Below the pieces are notes generated by a model, which worked only from the letters and a program-made list of their open reading frames with translations, was not told the origin of the DNA and made no database searches. Shown in pieces: positions 30,528-40,245 of a DNA stretch of 60,880 bases (positions within the stretch are counted from its first letter, which is position 1; each line of letters begins with the position of its first letter). A program made the translations under genes and the position numbers. The DNA is from a virus (lineage: Duplodnaviria > Caudoviricetes), in the IMG/VR virus record IMGVR_UViG_3300020392_000016, positions 1 through 60,880 of that record. The stretch is one strand, 5' to 3'.

Positions 30528-30743
30528 ATGAAACAATTTTTTTGGGCCCTATTGATAATCTTGGTATTCGTACCAGCAAGTATTTTCGTAGCAACATTAC
30601 TATGGAATATGGTATTAGTTCAAGTAGTTACATGGGCTAACCCAATTAACTTTTGGCAAATGTTTGGATTAATGGCATTATTGTACTTAATCTGGCCTGG
30701 CACAAAAGTAGGAATTAATAACAAGAATAAAAAGAATGGCTAA
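30528..30743 (+). CDS. Small membrane protein
   Basis: Two hydrophobic helices and a basic tail. Confidence 0.55.
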   Translation: MKQFFWALLIILVFVPASIFVATLLWNMVLVQVVTWANPINFWQMFGLMALLYLIWPGTKVGINNKNKKNG

Positions 30744-31194
30744 GAAAATCATTTATTTTGATATGGACGGAGTCCTAGTAGATTTAGCAGCAAAGATTGC
30801 TACTTACTCTAAGGACTTTATTGATGCATGTCAAAAAGATGATACTGTAGACTGTATACCTGATTTATTCTTAGACCCACCTCCAATGGCAGGTGCTGTA
30901 GATGCATTCAACAAGTTTGTCAAGTCTGACAAATATGATGTTTACATTCTAAGTACAGCTCCATGGAATAATCCAGATGCTTGGATGCAAAAAAGAAAGT
31001 GGGTAATGAAGCACTTAGGAGATGGTGCTTACAAAAGACTAATTCTCTCTCATAATAAACATTTGAATATGGGAGACTATTTAGTAGATGACAGAACCAA
31101 GAATGGTGCTGGTGATTTTACTGGAAAGCTAATTCAATTCGGCAGTGATAAATTTCCGGATTGGGATAGTGTATTGAACTATTTAAAACCTTAA
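30736..31194 (+). CDS. 5'(3')-deoxyribonucleotidase (NT5C-like HAD)
   Basis: FDMDGVL, ILSTAPW, K..WV..HL, GDYLVDDR. Confidence 0.85.
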   Translation: MAKKIIYFDMDGVLVDLAAKIATYSKDFIDACQKDDTVDCIPDLFLDPPPMAGAVDAFNKFVKSDKYDVYILSTAPWNNPDAWMQKRKWVMKHLGDGAYKRLILSHNKHLNMGDYLVDDRTKNGAGDFTGKLIQFGSDKFPDWDSVLNYLKP

Positions 31195-31195
31195 T

Positions 31196-31450
31196 ATGGA
31201 CTTTGAACCTAAATGGACTTTTAAAGAAAACATGGACCACATCTTTGATGTGATTAAAAAAGCTGCGGCAGTTATCAAATCTTGTAAGAACACTACACAT
31301 TTGGCAGGTGCCACAAATTATGTCAAGAATGTCAGGCGATACCTAACCTTCTTTGACAAATCTGCAAGACAACAAGAATTTTGTGACAAACAATTAAATG
31401 AGTTTGACAAAATGATTAGAATTAAAACTAAACAATATCTTGTCGATTAA
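31196..31450 (+). CDS. Hypothetical protein
   Basis: 84 aa ORF within the operon. Confidence 0.5.
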   Translation: MDFEPKWTFKENMDHIFDVIKKAAAVIKSCKNTTHLAGATNYVKNVRRYLTFFDKSARQQEFCDKQLNEFDKMIRIKTKQYLVD

Positions 31451-32024
31451 GAGGTGGACACAGACTGATATAGAATTATCTTCTGAATTCTTAAAAGCCC
31501 CTCATTTTTCTAAAAATACTGGTGGCCAAGAAATCATGCATGAATGGGAAACTCCTATAATGAAGCAGGATGCAAAGCACTTATGTAAAGGTGGAGGTAG
31601 TATTCTAAATATAGGTTATGGTATGGGTATCATTGACGGTTTTATTAGAGACCATAAACCTGACAAACATACTATTATTGAAGTACATCCACAGATTGTA
31701 GAGAATGCTAAAGCTGCAGGCTATGAGAATGTATTGGAAGGAGATTGGCTTGACATTGTCAAGAATATGACAGAACAGTTTGATGCAATATATTTTGATA
31801 CTTATTGTTTTGACAGAGATGATTGGGCTATTTTTACAAAAGACCATGTAGATAGACTTTTAAAACCAGGAGGTAGATTTAGCTATTTTAATCGTGATGC
31901 TGCAAGACATCAAAAAGTAGCAGAATTGTGTGAGGCTAAAGGTTGGAAGTCCAATATGGAGACTATTCAGTTCTCTAGAAGCCAGTGGTATGATTCTATT
32001 ATTTGGCATAAATCTGCAAAATAA
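31440..32024 (+). CDS. Class I SAM methyltransferase, Rmt2/GAMT-like
   Basis: IMHEWETPIM, ILNIGYGMGIID, HTIIEVHP, FDAIYFDTY, LLKPGG.FSYFN. Confidence 0.8.
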   Translation: MSIKRWTQTDIELSSEFLKAPHFSKNTGGQEIMHEWETPIMKQDAKHLCKGGGSILNIGYGMGIIDGFIRDHKPDKHTIIEVHPQIVENAKAAGYENVLEGDWLDIVKNMTEQFDAIYFDTYCFDRDDWAIFTKDHVDRLLKPGGRFSYFNRDAARHQKVAELCEAKGWKSNMETIQFSRSQWYDSIIWHKSAK

Positions 32025-32080
32025 TTGCCTCTAGATTTTTCTATGTCAGAAAAATTGATTATATTAGTACTGTAATTAAA
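32015..32080 (+). repeat. About 65-bp intergenic repeat, copy 3
   Basis: TGCAAAATAATTGCCTCTAGATTTTTCTATGTCAGA...TATATTAGTACTGTAATTAAA. Confidence 0.85.
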
Positions 32081-32085
32081 CAAAT

Positions 32086-32544
32086 ATGAAAAACGTAATT
32101 TTTGATCTCGACGGAACTTTAGCTCTTATTGATGATAGGAGAAAGATTTCTAAGAAGCCAAATGGTAAGATGGACTGGGATGTATTTTTCGATCCTAAGA
32201 ACATTGACCTTGACTTGCCAAACCATGCTGTAATTGCAATGGCTCAGACTTTAAAAGCTGCTGGCCATAGAATTATCATCTTGTCCGGTAGAAGTAAAGC
32301 TACTAAAGATGCTACTAGAGCTTGGTTAAAAAAGTTTGATGTACCATTTGACATCTTGAAGATGAGACCTACTTCTAAAGATTTCATGTTCATGCCTGAT
32401 GACAAGCTTAAGCAAATGTGGCTTGACAGTTTATTCAATGACAAAAATGATATTGTTTGTGTCTTTGATGACAGACAAAAGGTTGTGGATATGTGGAGAA
32501 GCAATGGCTTAACCTGTATGCAGGTTGCGCCAGGTGACTTTTAA
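32086..32544 (+). CDS. HAD phosphatase (T4 PseT/PNKP C-terminal domain-like)
   Basis: FDLDGTLA, LSGR, LKMR, K, FDDR..VVDMWR. Confidence 0.85.
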   Translation: MKNVIFDLDGTLALIDDRRKISKKPNGKMDWDVFFDPKNIDLDLPNHAVIAMAQTLKAAGHRIIILSGRSKATKDATRAWLKKFDVPFDILKMRPTSKDFMFMPDDKLKQMWLDSLFNDKNDIVCVFDDRQKVVDMWRSNGLTCMQVAPGDF

Positions 32545-32657
32545 CGTCCCTGGCCCCTGTATGCCTTCTTGTAATTCTTAGACTTCTTAGAATTAGAATG
32601 GTTGTTCTTACTATGAACTCCCGGGCGTTTCTTCTTTGCTTTATCTCTTAGAGCCAT
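32541..32657 (-). CDS. Small basic protein (38 aa, MALRDKAKKKRPGVHSKNNHSNSKKSKNYKKAYRGQGR)
   Basis: Hand-translated; ends in YRGQG; minus-strand GATATATAG at 32694-32686. Confidence 0.7.
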   Translation of the reverse strand: MALRDKAKKKRPGVHSKNNHSNSKKSKNYKKAYRGQGR

Positions 32658-32717
32658 TACTAATAGTATATTTTTATGTTAAAAGCTATATATCTTCAAA
32701 AATTGTTAACAACTTTT

Positions 32718-32783
32718 TGCAAAATAGTTGCCTCTAGATTTTTCTATGTCAGATATTTTTATTATATTAGTACTGTAATTAAA
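32718..32783 (+). repeat. About 65-bp intergenic repeat, copy 4
   Basis: TGCAAAATAGTTGCCTCTAGATTTTTCTATGTCAGATATTTTTATTATATTAGTACTGTAATTAAA. Confidence 0.85.
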
Positions 32784-32792
32784 CGATAAACA

Positions 32793-33107
32793 ATGAACAA
32801 ATACATGCAAAAAATCACAACTTTCCCATTCAGACACCCACTTGGAGACTGTACCAACAATGGTTTGACTTCAGTAGGTGATAACTTCGACCTTTATTTT
32901 GATTTCGATAGTGTGGACAACATTCCAGACGATTCACTTGTCTTAATCAAAAGAAACTTGTTTGGTAAACCAGCTTGGTACGCTAAACCTGCATCACTTG
33001 TAAAATCTAATACTCATTCTATGATGGGTGGTAACTTCGTTTACACTTCAGATTCAAGATTCCCTGGAGGTGCGCCGATTCCTGTTCACGATAGAGTAGA
33101 AGCATAA
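32793..33107 (+). CDS. Hypothetical protein
   Basis: 104 aa; DCTNNG, MMGGNFVYTSDSRF, HDRVE; typical small early phage gene. Confidence 0.6.
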   Translation: MNKYMQKITTFPFRHPLGDCTNNGLTSVGDNFDLYFDFDSVDNIPDDSLVLIKRNLFGKPAWYAKPASLVKSNTHSMMGGNFVYTSDSRFPGGAPIPVHDRVEA

Positions 33108-33319
33108 TGACAGATTTCTATACACATCCAAAAGGTACATCGTGGTACTACAGAGAAATGGGTTCCAGAGATAAAAAGACTGGAAAGCTAAAATACTATA
33201 ACGTGAAAGTCACGGACTATAAAATTGTGGACTGTGAGTGTATGGCTAGAGAATTCAGACCATACCAACCATGTAAGCACATGAAAAGATTACATGAAAA
33301 AATTGGCCACAGTTTGTAA
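33107..33319 (+). CDS. SWIM zinc-finger protein
   Basis: CxC...CxH (CEC...CKH). Confidence 0.7.
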   Translation: MTDFYTHPKGTSWYYREMGSRDKKTGKLKYYNVKVTDYKIVDCECMAREFRPYQPCKHMKRLHEKIGHSL

Positions 33320-33349
33320 ATTTCCAAAAAAGCATGTAATTATATTAAT

Positions 33350-33868
33350 ATGGAAGCAATAAAACAAATACAATCACTTCTGCAGGAAGCAGAACAGATA
33401 GCAAAAGATCAATTAGGCTTAGACAATATATTCTACAACGAGAGGTTCGTAGAGATGTTTATGGCTAATCATTTAGGTCATGAGTATGGTAACAATACTC
33501 AGGGTGGCGATGCCTTAGATGCCACTGAAACGCCTACAGAATATAAGGCAATTAATCTTAGAAATAAAACTAAAGGTACGTTCCAGTTCCATTGGTTATC
33601 TAAGAATAAAATCAAGAAATATGCTGAGACTAATAATATGTACTTTGCAATTAGAGATGGTGTAACTATTCAGAAGATCTATGAAGTTCCTACTGAAGTT
33701 ATCATGCCAGTCTTAGAAGCTAAAGCTACAAATTCAAAATCTATTAATGGTCACGCAGGTTTCAATGAGAAGAAATTAGTAAATGAGTTTAACGCAAAGT
33801 TAGTCTATGATGCAGAGAAATTCAACTGTGCATATTCTGGCTTAACATCACCAGCAGCTTATGAGTAA
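33350..33868 (+). CDS. PvuII-like PD-(D/E)xK endonuclease
   Basis: TQGGDALD....TEYKAIN....TFQFH...I.KY....FAI..G..I..IY. Confidence 0.6.
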   Translation: MEAIKQIQSLLQEAEQIAKDQLGLDNIFYNERFVEMFMANHLGHEYGNNTQGGDALDATETPTEYKAINLRNKTKGTFQFHWLSKNKIKKYAETNNMYFAIRDGVTIQKIYEVPTEVIMPVLEAKATNSKSINGHAGFNEKKLVNEFNAKLVYDAEKFNCAYSGLTSPAAYE

Positions 33869-34121
33869 AAAGAAAACACCAATATCATTGCTAATCCAAG
33901 CAATGCAAGAAGAACTAGAAAGTAGCCCAAAAGAAGTTTGGCCAGGTATGGAATATGCAATAGAGATTGCTAAAAGAATGTTACCTCAAGAAAAAGAAAT
34001 TATGTGCAAATTTGCAGATGATTGGGCAGACGCTAGAGAAGAAACAGATAGAATGTATAATGATATTCCAGGGTTTGAAGGTACTCTGGATGCATTGGAT
34101 GACTTAACCGATTTTTCATGA
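33861..34121 (+). CDS. Hypothetical protein
   Basis: 86 aa coupled ORF. Confidence 0.5.
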   Translation: MSKKKTPISLLIQAMQEELESSPKEVWPGMEYAIEIAKRMLPQEKEIMCKFADDWADAREETDRMYNDIPGFEGTLDALDDLTDFS

Positions 34122-34483
34122 ATAAAATCTTAGTCTTAGGTATTTCACCAGGTTTTGCTGGTAGTCCACAGAAATCTATGTCTATTCAAAGAGTAAAGAG
34201 ATGGATGGCTGAATGTGGCTACGAGCAGACCGACTATGATTGGCGAAATCTAGTCGATGAGGCTGGAGCTTTACCTAAGATGTCAGAAGTTACAATTACA
34301 CAGGATGAAGTCTCAGTCTATCAGAAAGTTGTTTGTCTTGGTAATAAACCTGAACAATGGTGTAAGACTAAGAAGCTGAATTATCTAAAAGTTCCCCATC
34401 CTTCTGGCTTAAATAGAATGTGGAACAATCCAAATCAAGAGACTATAACTATTGGTGAACTAAACAATTATCTAAATGAGTAG
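34118..34483 (+). CDS. Uracil-DNA glycosylase-like fold protein
   Basis: GISPG, VCLG and PHPSGLNR motifs. Confidence 0.6.
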   Translation: MNKILVLGISPGFAGSPQKSMSIQRVKRWMAECGYEQTDYDWRNLVDEAGALPKMSEVTITQDEVSVYQKVVCLGNKPEQWCKTKKLNYLKVPHPSGLNRMWNNPNQETITIGELNNYLNE

Positions 34484-35063
34484 ACAGTTTACATGGTGGC
34501 GAAGATTCTGGGCAACAAGAAAGATGCCTAAGCAAATGTTGTACAAAGCTGCTAGTGAATTACAACAAAGAATTGAGTTCGGTGAATATGAAGTAGACGA
34601 ACTCGGTAGAGAATATATGCTAGAAGAAGAAATCTTCAATAAGAAAGCAGACGCTCTTAGAAAAGAAAAGCCTTGGATGGATGAAGAGTCTTACATAGAA
34701 CAGATTCATCCTATCAATAAACAATATAGAAAAAGACAACAATTAATCATGAAGGCTCATCTTCAAGCTGAACAAAAATTGTTGCATAAACTGAGAGAAG
34801 AACTAAATAAAGAGTTTGGTATCTCAACAGAAAGAATTCAAGATGAAATGGAAGTATTCGACGGTACAACTAGAGAGTTTTACTTCCATGTTAAATCTAT
34901 AGCTTTAGGTAAAAAGTTTGACCCTGATAAACAGCAAAGACTGATACTTGAGCAACCAAGACATATACTAAAACCTAAAGAGAGAAAGTATGTAGATCTT
35001 TGGATGAAATTAGTAAAGAAAAATAAATGGGAAGAGTTCTTAAATTGGAACAATTACCAATAA
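34476..35063 (+). CDS. Hypothetical protein
   Basis: 195 aa, helical. Confidence 0.55.
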   Translation: MSRQFTWWRRFWATRKMPKQMLYKAASELQQRIEFGEYEVDELGREYMLEEEIFNKKADALRKEKPWMDEESYIEQIHPINKQYRKRQQLIMKAHLQAEQKLLHKLREELNKEFGISTERIQDEMEVFDGTTREFYFHVKSIALGKKFDPDKQQRLILEQPRHILKPKERKYVDLWMKLVKKNKWEEFLNWNNYQ

Positions 35064-35090
35064 ATCACTATAATGAATAAATCTAGCCTT

Positions 35091-36014
35091 ATGACAAACT
35101 ATGGATATTGTTGCATCAACATGCAACTCAGAAAACAAAAACCATCTATCACTACAAATCGTAGTATGATTAAACGTACATTCGAAGCTAAAGGTATGGA
35201 CTATGCTTCAGAACTTATTGTACAAAATGTACGAGATCTACGTGAAATCATTAAATGGAACCATGCTAACGGTATCAAGCTATATCGTCTTAGTTCTGAT
35301 ATTATGCCATGGATGTCAGAGTATAACATTTCAGACTTAAAAGACTTCAAGATTATTCAAACTATCTTAGAAGACTGTGGCGATCTGGCTAGGGAGTATG
35401 GACAACGTCTTACTTTTCATCCAGGACCATTTGACGTCTTGGCATCACTAAATGAAAACGTAGTCACCAAATCTATTGCAGACCTTAACAAGCACGGTGA
35501 AATTATGGACCTAATGGGTCTACCACGTACTCCCTATGCTGCGATCAACATTCATGTTAATACTACTCAAGGTGGTAAAGAAGAAGCTATGCAGAGATTC
35601 GTAGATGCATTCCACTTACTTGACCCTTCTGTTAAAAGCAGACTTGTAGTAGAAAATGACGACAAACAAAAACAATATGCTGTAGAAGATCTTTATCAAG
35701 GTATTCACAGTAAAATCAACATTCCAATTACATTTGACTATCATCACCATTGGTGTCACCCAGGTGAGTTGACTCAAGAAGAAGCACTTAAAATGGCTTC
35801 AACAACTTGGCCTAAGGACATCAAGCAACTTTGCCACTACTCTTCATGCAAGCAAATACATGAAGATGCTTCCGTAATGGCAAGGGCTCATGCTGATTAC
35901 ATCTATGAGCATATTAATACTTATGGTCTTAATTTAGACATTGAGTTAGAAGCTAAAGCCAAGGAATTGGCAGTTCAACAATATGTGAAACAATTTGCAT
36001 CACAGTTAGTATAA
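35091..36014 (+). CDS. uvsE: UV-damage endonuclease UvsE
   Basis: GYCCIN, YRLSSD, RLTFHPG, INIH, VENDD, FDYHHH, HADY, EAKAKE; ATG 35091 preferred because ATG 35073 overlaps a promoter -10 box. Confidence 0.9.
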   Translation: MTNYGYCCINMQLRKQKPSITTNRSMIKRTFEAKGMDYASELIVQNVRDLREIIKWNHANGIKLYRLSSDIMPWMSEYNISDLKDFKIIQTILEDCGDLAREYGQRLTFHPGPFDVLASLNENVVTKSIADLNKHGEIMDLMGLPRTPYAAINIHVNTTQGGKEEAMQRFVDAFHLLDPSVKSRLVVENDDKQKQYAVEDLYQGIHSKINIPITFDYHHHWCHPGELTQEEALKMASTTWPKDIKQLCHYSSCKQIHEDASVMARAHADYIYEHINTYGLNLDIELEAKAKELAVQQYVKQFASQLV

Positions 36015-36033
36015 CCCTTAAATAACATTATCT

Positions 36034-36243
36034 ATGATAAAAGTTTTAAACTCTTTAAAATCAGGTCTTAACCTAATAGTAAGTTCAGTAATTAATCAAT
36101 GGTTCTACGTGATAGGACTATTATGGATGGGCATTTCTTTTATTTACATTGGAGAACCCCACTTCTGGACGGTATTAGGCTTCGCGATTATTTTTACTGG
36201 AATTCAAAATGTAATAAATGAAATTAAATTAAATTCGAATTAA
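36034..36243 (+). CDS. Small membrane protein
   Basis: Two hydrophobic segments. Confidence 0.5.
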   Translation: MIKVLNSLKSGLNLIVSSVINQWFYVIGLLWMGISFIYIGEPHFWTVLGFAIIFTGIQNVINEIKLNSN

Positions 36244-36244
36244 T

Positions 36245-36493
36245 ATGAACCTAAAAGTAGACGCTTTAAAAGCCAAGTACCAAGCGGAAAAGCTTGAAGC
36301 AATTGCAACCCTTGAAGTTTACTCCACAAATGCAGTCGGTATCGGTGAACACCCGCAAATCATCGATGAAATGGATAAACTGGTCAGAAAAGTCGCTGAT
36401 GTCGACGGATGCCTAGAGGCACTAGACCAGATCTTTATCAAAACTGGAGACGGCGATACAAACGTAACTCAAGAGGGCTCCGTAAATAGTTGA
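36245..36493 (+). CDS. Phage hypothetical protein
   Basis: LEVY..NAVGIGEHP.I..E+DKL motif familiar from aquatic phages. Confidence 0.6.
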   Translation: MNLKVDALKAKYQAEKLEAIATLEVYSTNAVGIGEHPQIIDEMDKLVRKVADVDGCLEALDQIFIKTGDGDTNVTQEGSVNS

Positions 36494-36527
36494 TTTATTT
36501 AGGCTAGACATAGACAACTTAAGGAGC

Positions 36528-36558
36528 AAGAGGTCCCAAACGTGGGGCCTCTTTTTTT
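36528..36558 (+). terminator. Rho-independent terminator
   Basis: AAGAGGTCCCA-aacg-TGGGGCCTCTT followed by a T run. Confidence 0.85.
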
Positions 36559-36572
36559 GTGATATATAATAA

Positions 36573-38492
36573 ATGAAGTATATCCAACCTCTACATGAAG
36601 CCGATAAAAGAGTTCCTAGAAAGAAGGGACAGAAGGCTAAGTCAGATAAACATTCAGATCTTTACACAGATGAAGATCCGAAAGGCACTATCCATGGCTT
36701 AGGTTTTAAGGATGCCGAGACTGCAAATAAAGGTATCGACATTATCAAGAAAGTAGATAGAGAACACGCACATAAAGTTCAAGCAACTCTTGTTATGCAA
36801 CAGAGAGCTAAGGTTGCTATTGAAAGAACTAAAGATCCAGAGAAGAAAAAGAACTTAAAAGCAGCCTATGAGATATGGACTAAATTCTTAGAAGAGATGA
36901 AGAAGAAAACTCAAGAGTTAAAGAAAGAGTCTGTAGTAAATGAGATTGGCGATATGTCTGCAGGTTTCTACAGTGTTACTGGTCCACTGTTCGATGCTGG
37001 AGGTAGAAGATACTGTAAATATGAATTCACAACTGAGAGTAAATTAAGATATAGTGTTGTATTCTATGATAGCACAAAAGATCTAACTGAGATGTGGTTC
37101 GAAACCTTTGATGGTGATAAACAAATACCAATGCACCTAACAACTGATAGAGGTGAGATTCTTAAAGTTATTGGAACAGCAATTGCTATATTAAATCATT
37201 ATCTAACAGCAGAAGGCGCTGGTGCTCCTTATGGTATTCATGACAATAGAACTCCAAATCAAATTCACAATCCAGGAGTTAAGACTGTAATTGTTAAACC
37301 AGTAAAAGAAAAGAAACGTAAAGGTAGAGGTTTCGGTGATGATATTGAATCTGATAGAAGAAGAGAAAAGATCTATATGCAATTCTTAAAGAAGCAAGGT
37401 TTTTCTCCTAAACTAAAAGGTTCAGATATTCTTATTGATATTGAAAAGTATCAGAAGAAACAGGGTAAAGTAGGAGTTGTATCAGAGTCTTGGACTGGTC
37501 AAGAAGTTGCTGACCATATTAAATACATTACTCCAGACGATAGTGATATTCCTGATTACTTTATTGACAAATATGTTTTACCTAATGATGGTTGGCAGAA
37601 TAAACCAATCAAACTAAAGAACTTACTAAAAGACAGAGACTTTAAAGCATACTATAAATCTGGTGAAGAGAGATATGATGATTATGAAGTGGCTGCCGAT
37701 GACTTATACCAAGAGTTAGTTGTCTATAAAGGTCAATTATTAGATGGTTATTCTAGAGCAGCGAGAATGTTGAGGAATGGTGAAAAGACTGCAGGTGCTT
37801 TCGTAATAGAGAGTAATTATATAATGGACTTAGAGTTATTTGAAAGATACAGTAAATTAGATTCTGTCTCAAATAAATTATTAGGTGATGTATTTAGACA
37901 GTGGGTATTAGACTATAAGAATGGTAAGAGGTCTTCTCATTATTCATTTAGTGTAGAGAACCCCAAGTTAACTTTTGATTTAGACTGTAGAATTTATTTT
38001 AAAGGTAAAGGTTTTGAAGTCTTAGATTCTACTGGAGCTGATGCAAGAGATGAAGATGACGATGGCGATTGGCAAGATCCGTTTATTAATATAGACTTTG
38101 CTTGTAATCCAGAATGGTTACCTACATATTGGTCAGAAATTTATTTCCACTTAGCAGATGTTCTAAGACATGAAATCGAACATATTACTCAAGATGGTAT
38201 TGATATTGGTAATTATAGAAAAGGTAAACCTAATCAACCAGATGATGAGCTAAGAGCTATGATTAAGAGTGGTATCATACCTAAGTATTATTATTTACTT
38301 TTAGCTAAAGAAGTAGACGCAAATCTACAAGGCTTAAGGTTTGAAGCCAAGAAGAGAAAAGAGAAAACAATTGATGCTGCGAATAGATATTTAGACCAAA
38401 AGGTAGAGATGAATTACATAACACCAGAAGAAAAAGAAAAGGTTCTAATTAAATGGGCAGCAAGAGCCAAACAATTAGGTTTTAAATTATGA
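36573..38492 (+). CDS. Multidomain putative internal head polyprotein with C-terminal zincin motif
   Basis: MKYIQPLHE start; ESVVNE/VVSE/LFE linkers; DLYTDEDPKGTIHGLGF domain; HEIEH. Confidence 0.55.
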   Translation: MKYIQPLHEADKRVPRKKGQKAKSDKHSDLYTDEDPKGTIHGLGFKDAETANKGIDIIKKVDREHAHKVQATLVMQQRAKVAIERTKDPEKKKNLKAAYEIWTKFLEEMKKKTQELKKESVVNEIGDMSAGFYSVTGPLFDAGGRRYCKYEFTTESKLRYSVVFYDSTKDLTEMWFETFDGDKQIPMHLTTDRGEILKVIGTAIAILNHYLTAEGAGAPYGIHDNRTPNQIHNPGVKTVIVKPVKEKKRKGRGFGDDIESDRRREKIYMQFLKKQGFSPKLKGSDILIDIEKYQKKQGKVGVVSESWTGQEVADHIKYITPDDSDIPDYFIDKYVLPNDGWQNKPIKLKNLLKDRDFKAYYKSGEERYDDYEVAADDLYQELVVYKGQLLDGYSRAARMLRNGEKTAGAFVIESNYIMDLELFERYSKLDSVSNKLLGDVFRQWVLDYKNGKRSSHYSFSVENPKLTFDLDCRIYFKGKGFEVLDSTGADARDEDDDGDWQDPFINIDFACNPEWLPTYWSEIYFHLADVLRHEIEHITQDGIDIGNYRKGKPNQPDDELRAMIKSGIIPKYYYLLLAKEVDANLQGLRFEAKKRKEKTIDAANRYLDQKVEMNYITPEEKEKVLIKWAARAKQLGFKL

Positions 38493-38824
38493 GAAGAGTA
38501 AAATCATTTAAGGAGTTTCTTAACGAGAATATAAAGAAGACTGTCAAGAAGATTGACGGTAAGATTAAGAAAGAACTGGAAAAGAAAAAAGACCTAGTTA
38601 CTAAAGTTAAACAAGAACAAGAAAAAGGTGATGCTCTTAGCCAGCAAAAAGCTACTCTAAGTAAATTGAAAATGAAACAATCTGAAGTAGAAATACAAAA
38701 GCAAAGTGTAAAGAAACAGATTGAAATACAGAAGTCACAATTAAAAACTGCTAAGAAAAAAGACAAGGTTTCAAAGGAGTTAGAGAAGCAGGCAAAAGAT
38801 ACGAAAAAGGAGACAGATAAATAG
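38489..38824 (+). CDS. Lys-rich coiled-coil protein, putative internal head protein
   Basis: MRRVKSFKEFLNE, then very basic sequence. Confidence 0.55.
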   Translation: MRRVKSFKEFLNENIKKTVKKIDGKIKKELEKKKDLVTKVKQEQEKGDALSQQKATLSKLKMKQSEVEIQKQSVKKQIEIQKSQLKTAKKKDKVSKELEKQAKDTKKETDK

Positions 38825-38827
38825 AAT

Positions 38828-40228
38828 ATGAGGTACATAAAATCATTAAATGAGAAGAAGCCAAAAGGCGCCCCTGATTTTCATCATTCAGATGCTCCTG
38901 ATGCCGAAGGTAGATTCAGAGACCTGGGTATCAAAGCACTTGCAGCATGGTTAATTAAAACCAGAAAGAAAGATGTAAAGAAGATTAGTGGTTCCTTAAC
39001 TCAACAAGTTGTATTCAATAGAAACGACGACCCTGAGTATGCAGAGAAAATGGAGAAGGTTAGAAAAGAAGTCTACAAACAATTAGGTAGAAAAGACCTC
39101 CTAGATAAAATGGATGAGTCTATAGATATGTATTATTTAGACAATGCTAAAGATCTTCTTGAACCTAAAAAGGTTTACCAGCATTTAGGTGTTGAGTATG
39201 GTCAAACTAGAAGAGGTGACAAATATGTTCAGATTAACTATATACCTGTATCAAGACCTCAGAGTCAACAACCTTCATGGGCCAAAGTATTCTATGATAA
39301 TGATAGAGACCTAAAGAAAATAGGCAAAGAGCTTGGTATGGAGCTTAAAGAGTCTGTAATAAACGAAGAAGACTCTTATGATGATTATCCAGCTGCTGCA
39401 AAGAAAAATGCACAGATGGCTATTGATTGGAAAGAGAAGTATGGTAGAGATGAAGTACCTGCTGGAACTCCAGTTGGTTGGGCAAGAGCTCATCAATTAG
39501 CTAAAGGTGAAAAGATCTCAGCAGAAACTGTAAAGAGAATGTCTGCATTTAATAGACATAGAAAGAATTCTAAAATTGCACCAGAACATAAAGATACTCC
39601 ATGGAAAGATAATGGCTATGTTGCATGGTTAATCTGGGGTGGAGATGCAGGTGTTGATTGGGCAATGAATAAATCAAAAGAAATTGACAATATGGAAGAA
39701 GCAAAAGAGCTAAAACATATTAAACCTTTAAACGAAGGTTACTGGAGTCATTATGACTATGAAAAATGGACTAAAGAGAATGGTAAGCCTAAATATCCAA
39801 AATGGGTAAAGACTACTCTAAAGGAAATTGTCAAGGGTGGTTTCATGGAACCACACTATGATTCAGAACACAACTATATGGTTTTATGGTTAGGTTCATT
39901 AGAGTCCAAAAGAAGATCTGAATTATATGCTTACGACAAGAAAGGTAAGAAAGAGTTCGGTAAAGTAGGTTACGCGATGTACCAAAGATTCTACAACGAC
40001 TTAACAGGCTACAATATGTTCTTTATGATGGGAGCAATGTTTGCACTTGAAGTTTCTAAACAGATTGAAGATAGAGTAGCTAACGGTGAGCCTGTAGAAC
40101 CAGCATACTATATGATGAAAGAATACTTTAATAATTTTGGTATGGACACTAAGAGAAGTAGAATTTTCAACGCTGCTTATGAAAAGCTAGAGAAGTGGAT
40201 GAAAGACAACCAAATTAAGACACTATAA
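38828..40228 (+). CDS. Multidomain putative internal head polyprotein
   Basis: MRYIKSLNE start; internal ESVINE and LKHIKPLNE; GTPVGWARAHQLA..WGGDAG domain. Confidence 0.55.
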   Translation: MRYIKSLNEKKPKGAPDFHHSDAPDAEGRFRDLGIKALAAWLIKTRKKDVKKISGSLTQQVVFNRNDDPEYAEKMEKVRKEVYKQLGRKDLLDKMDESIDMYYLDNAKDLLEPKKVYQHLGVEYGQTRRGDKYVQINYIPVSRPQSQQPSWAKVFYDNDRDLKKIGKELGMELKESVINEEDSYDDYPAAAKKNAQMAIDWKEKYGRDEVPAGTPVGWARAHQLAKGEKISAETVKRMSAFNRHRKNSKIAPEHKDTPWKDNGYVAWLIWGGDAGVDWAMNKSKEIDNMEEAKELKHIKPLNEGYWSHYDYEKWTKENGKPKYPKWVKTTLKEIVKGGFMEPHYDSEHNYMVLWLGSLESKRRSELYAYDKKGKKEFGKVGYAMYQRFYNDLTGYNMFFMMGAMFALEVSKQIEDRVANGEPVEPAYYMMKEYFNNFGMDTKRSRIFNAAYEKLEKWMKDNQIKTL

Positions 40229-40245
40229 AATAGAAAAAACTAAAC

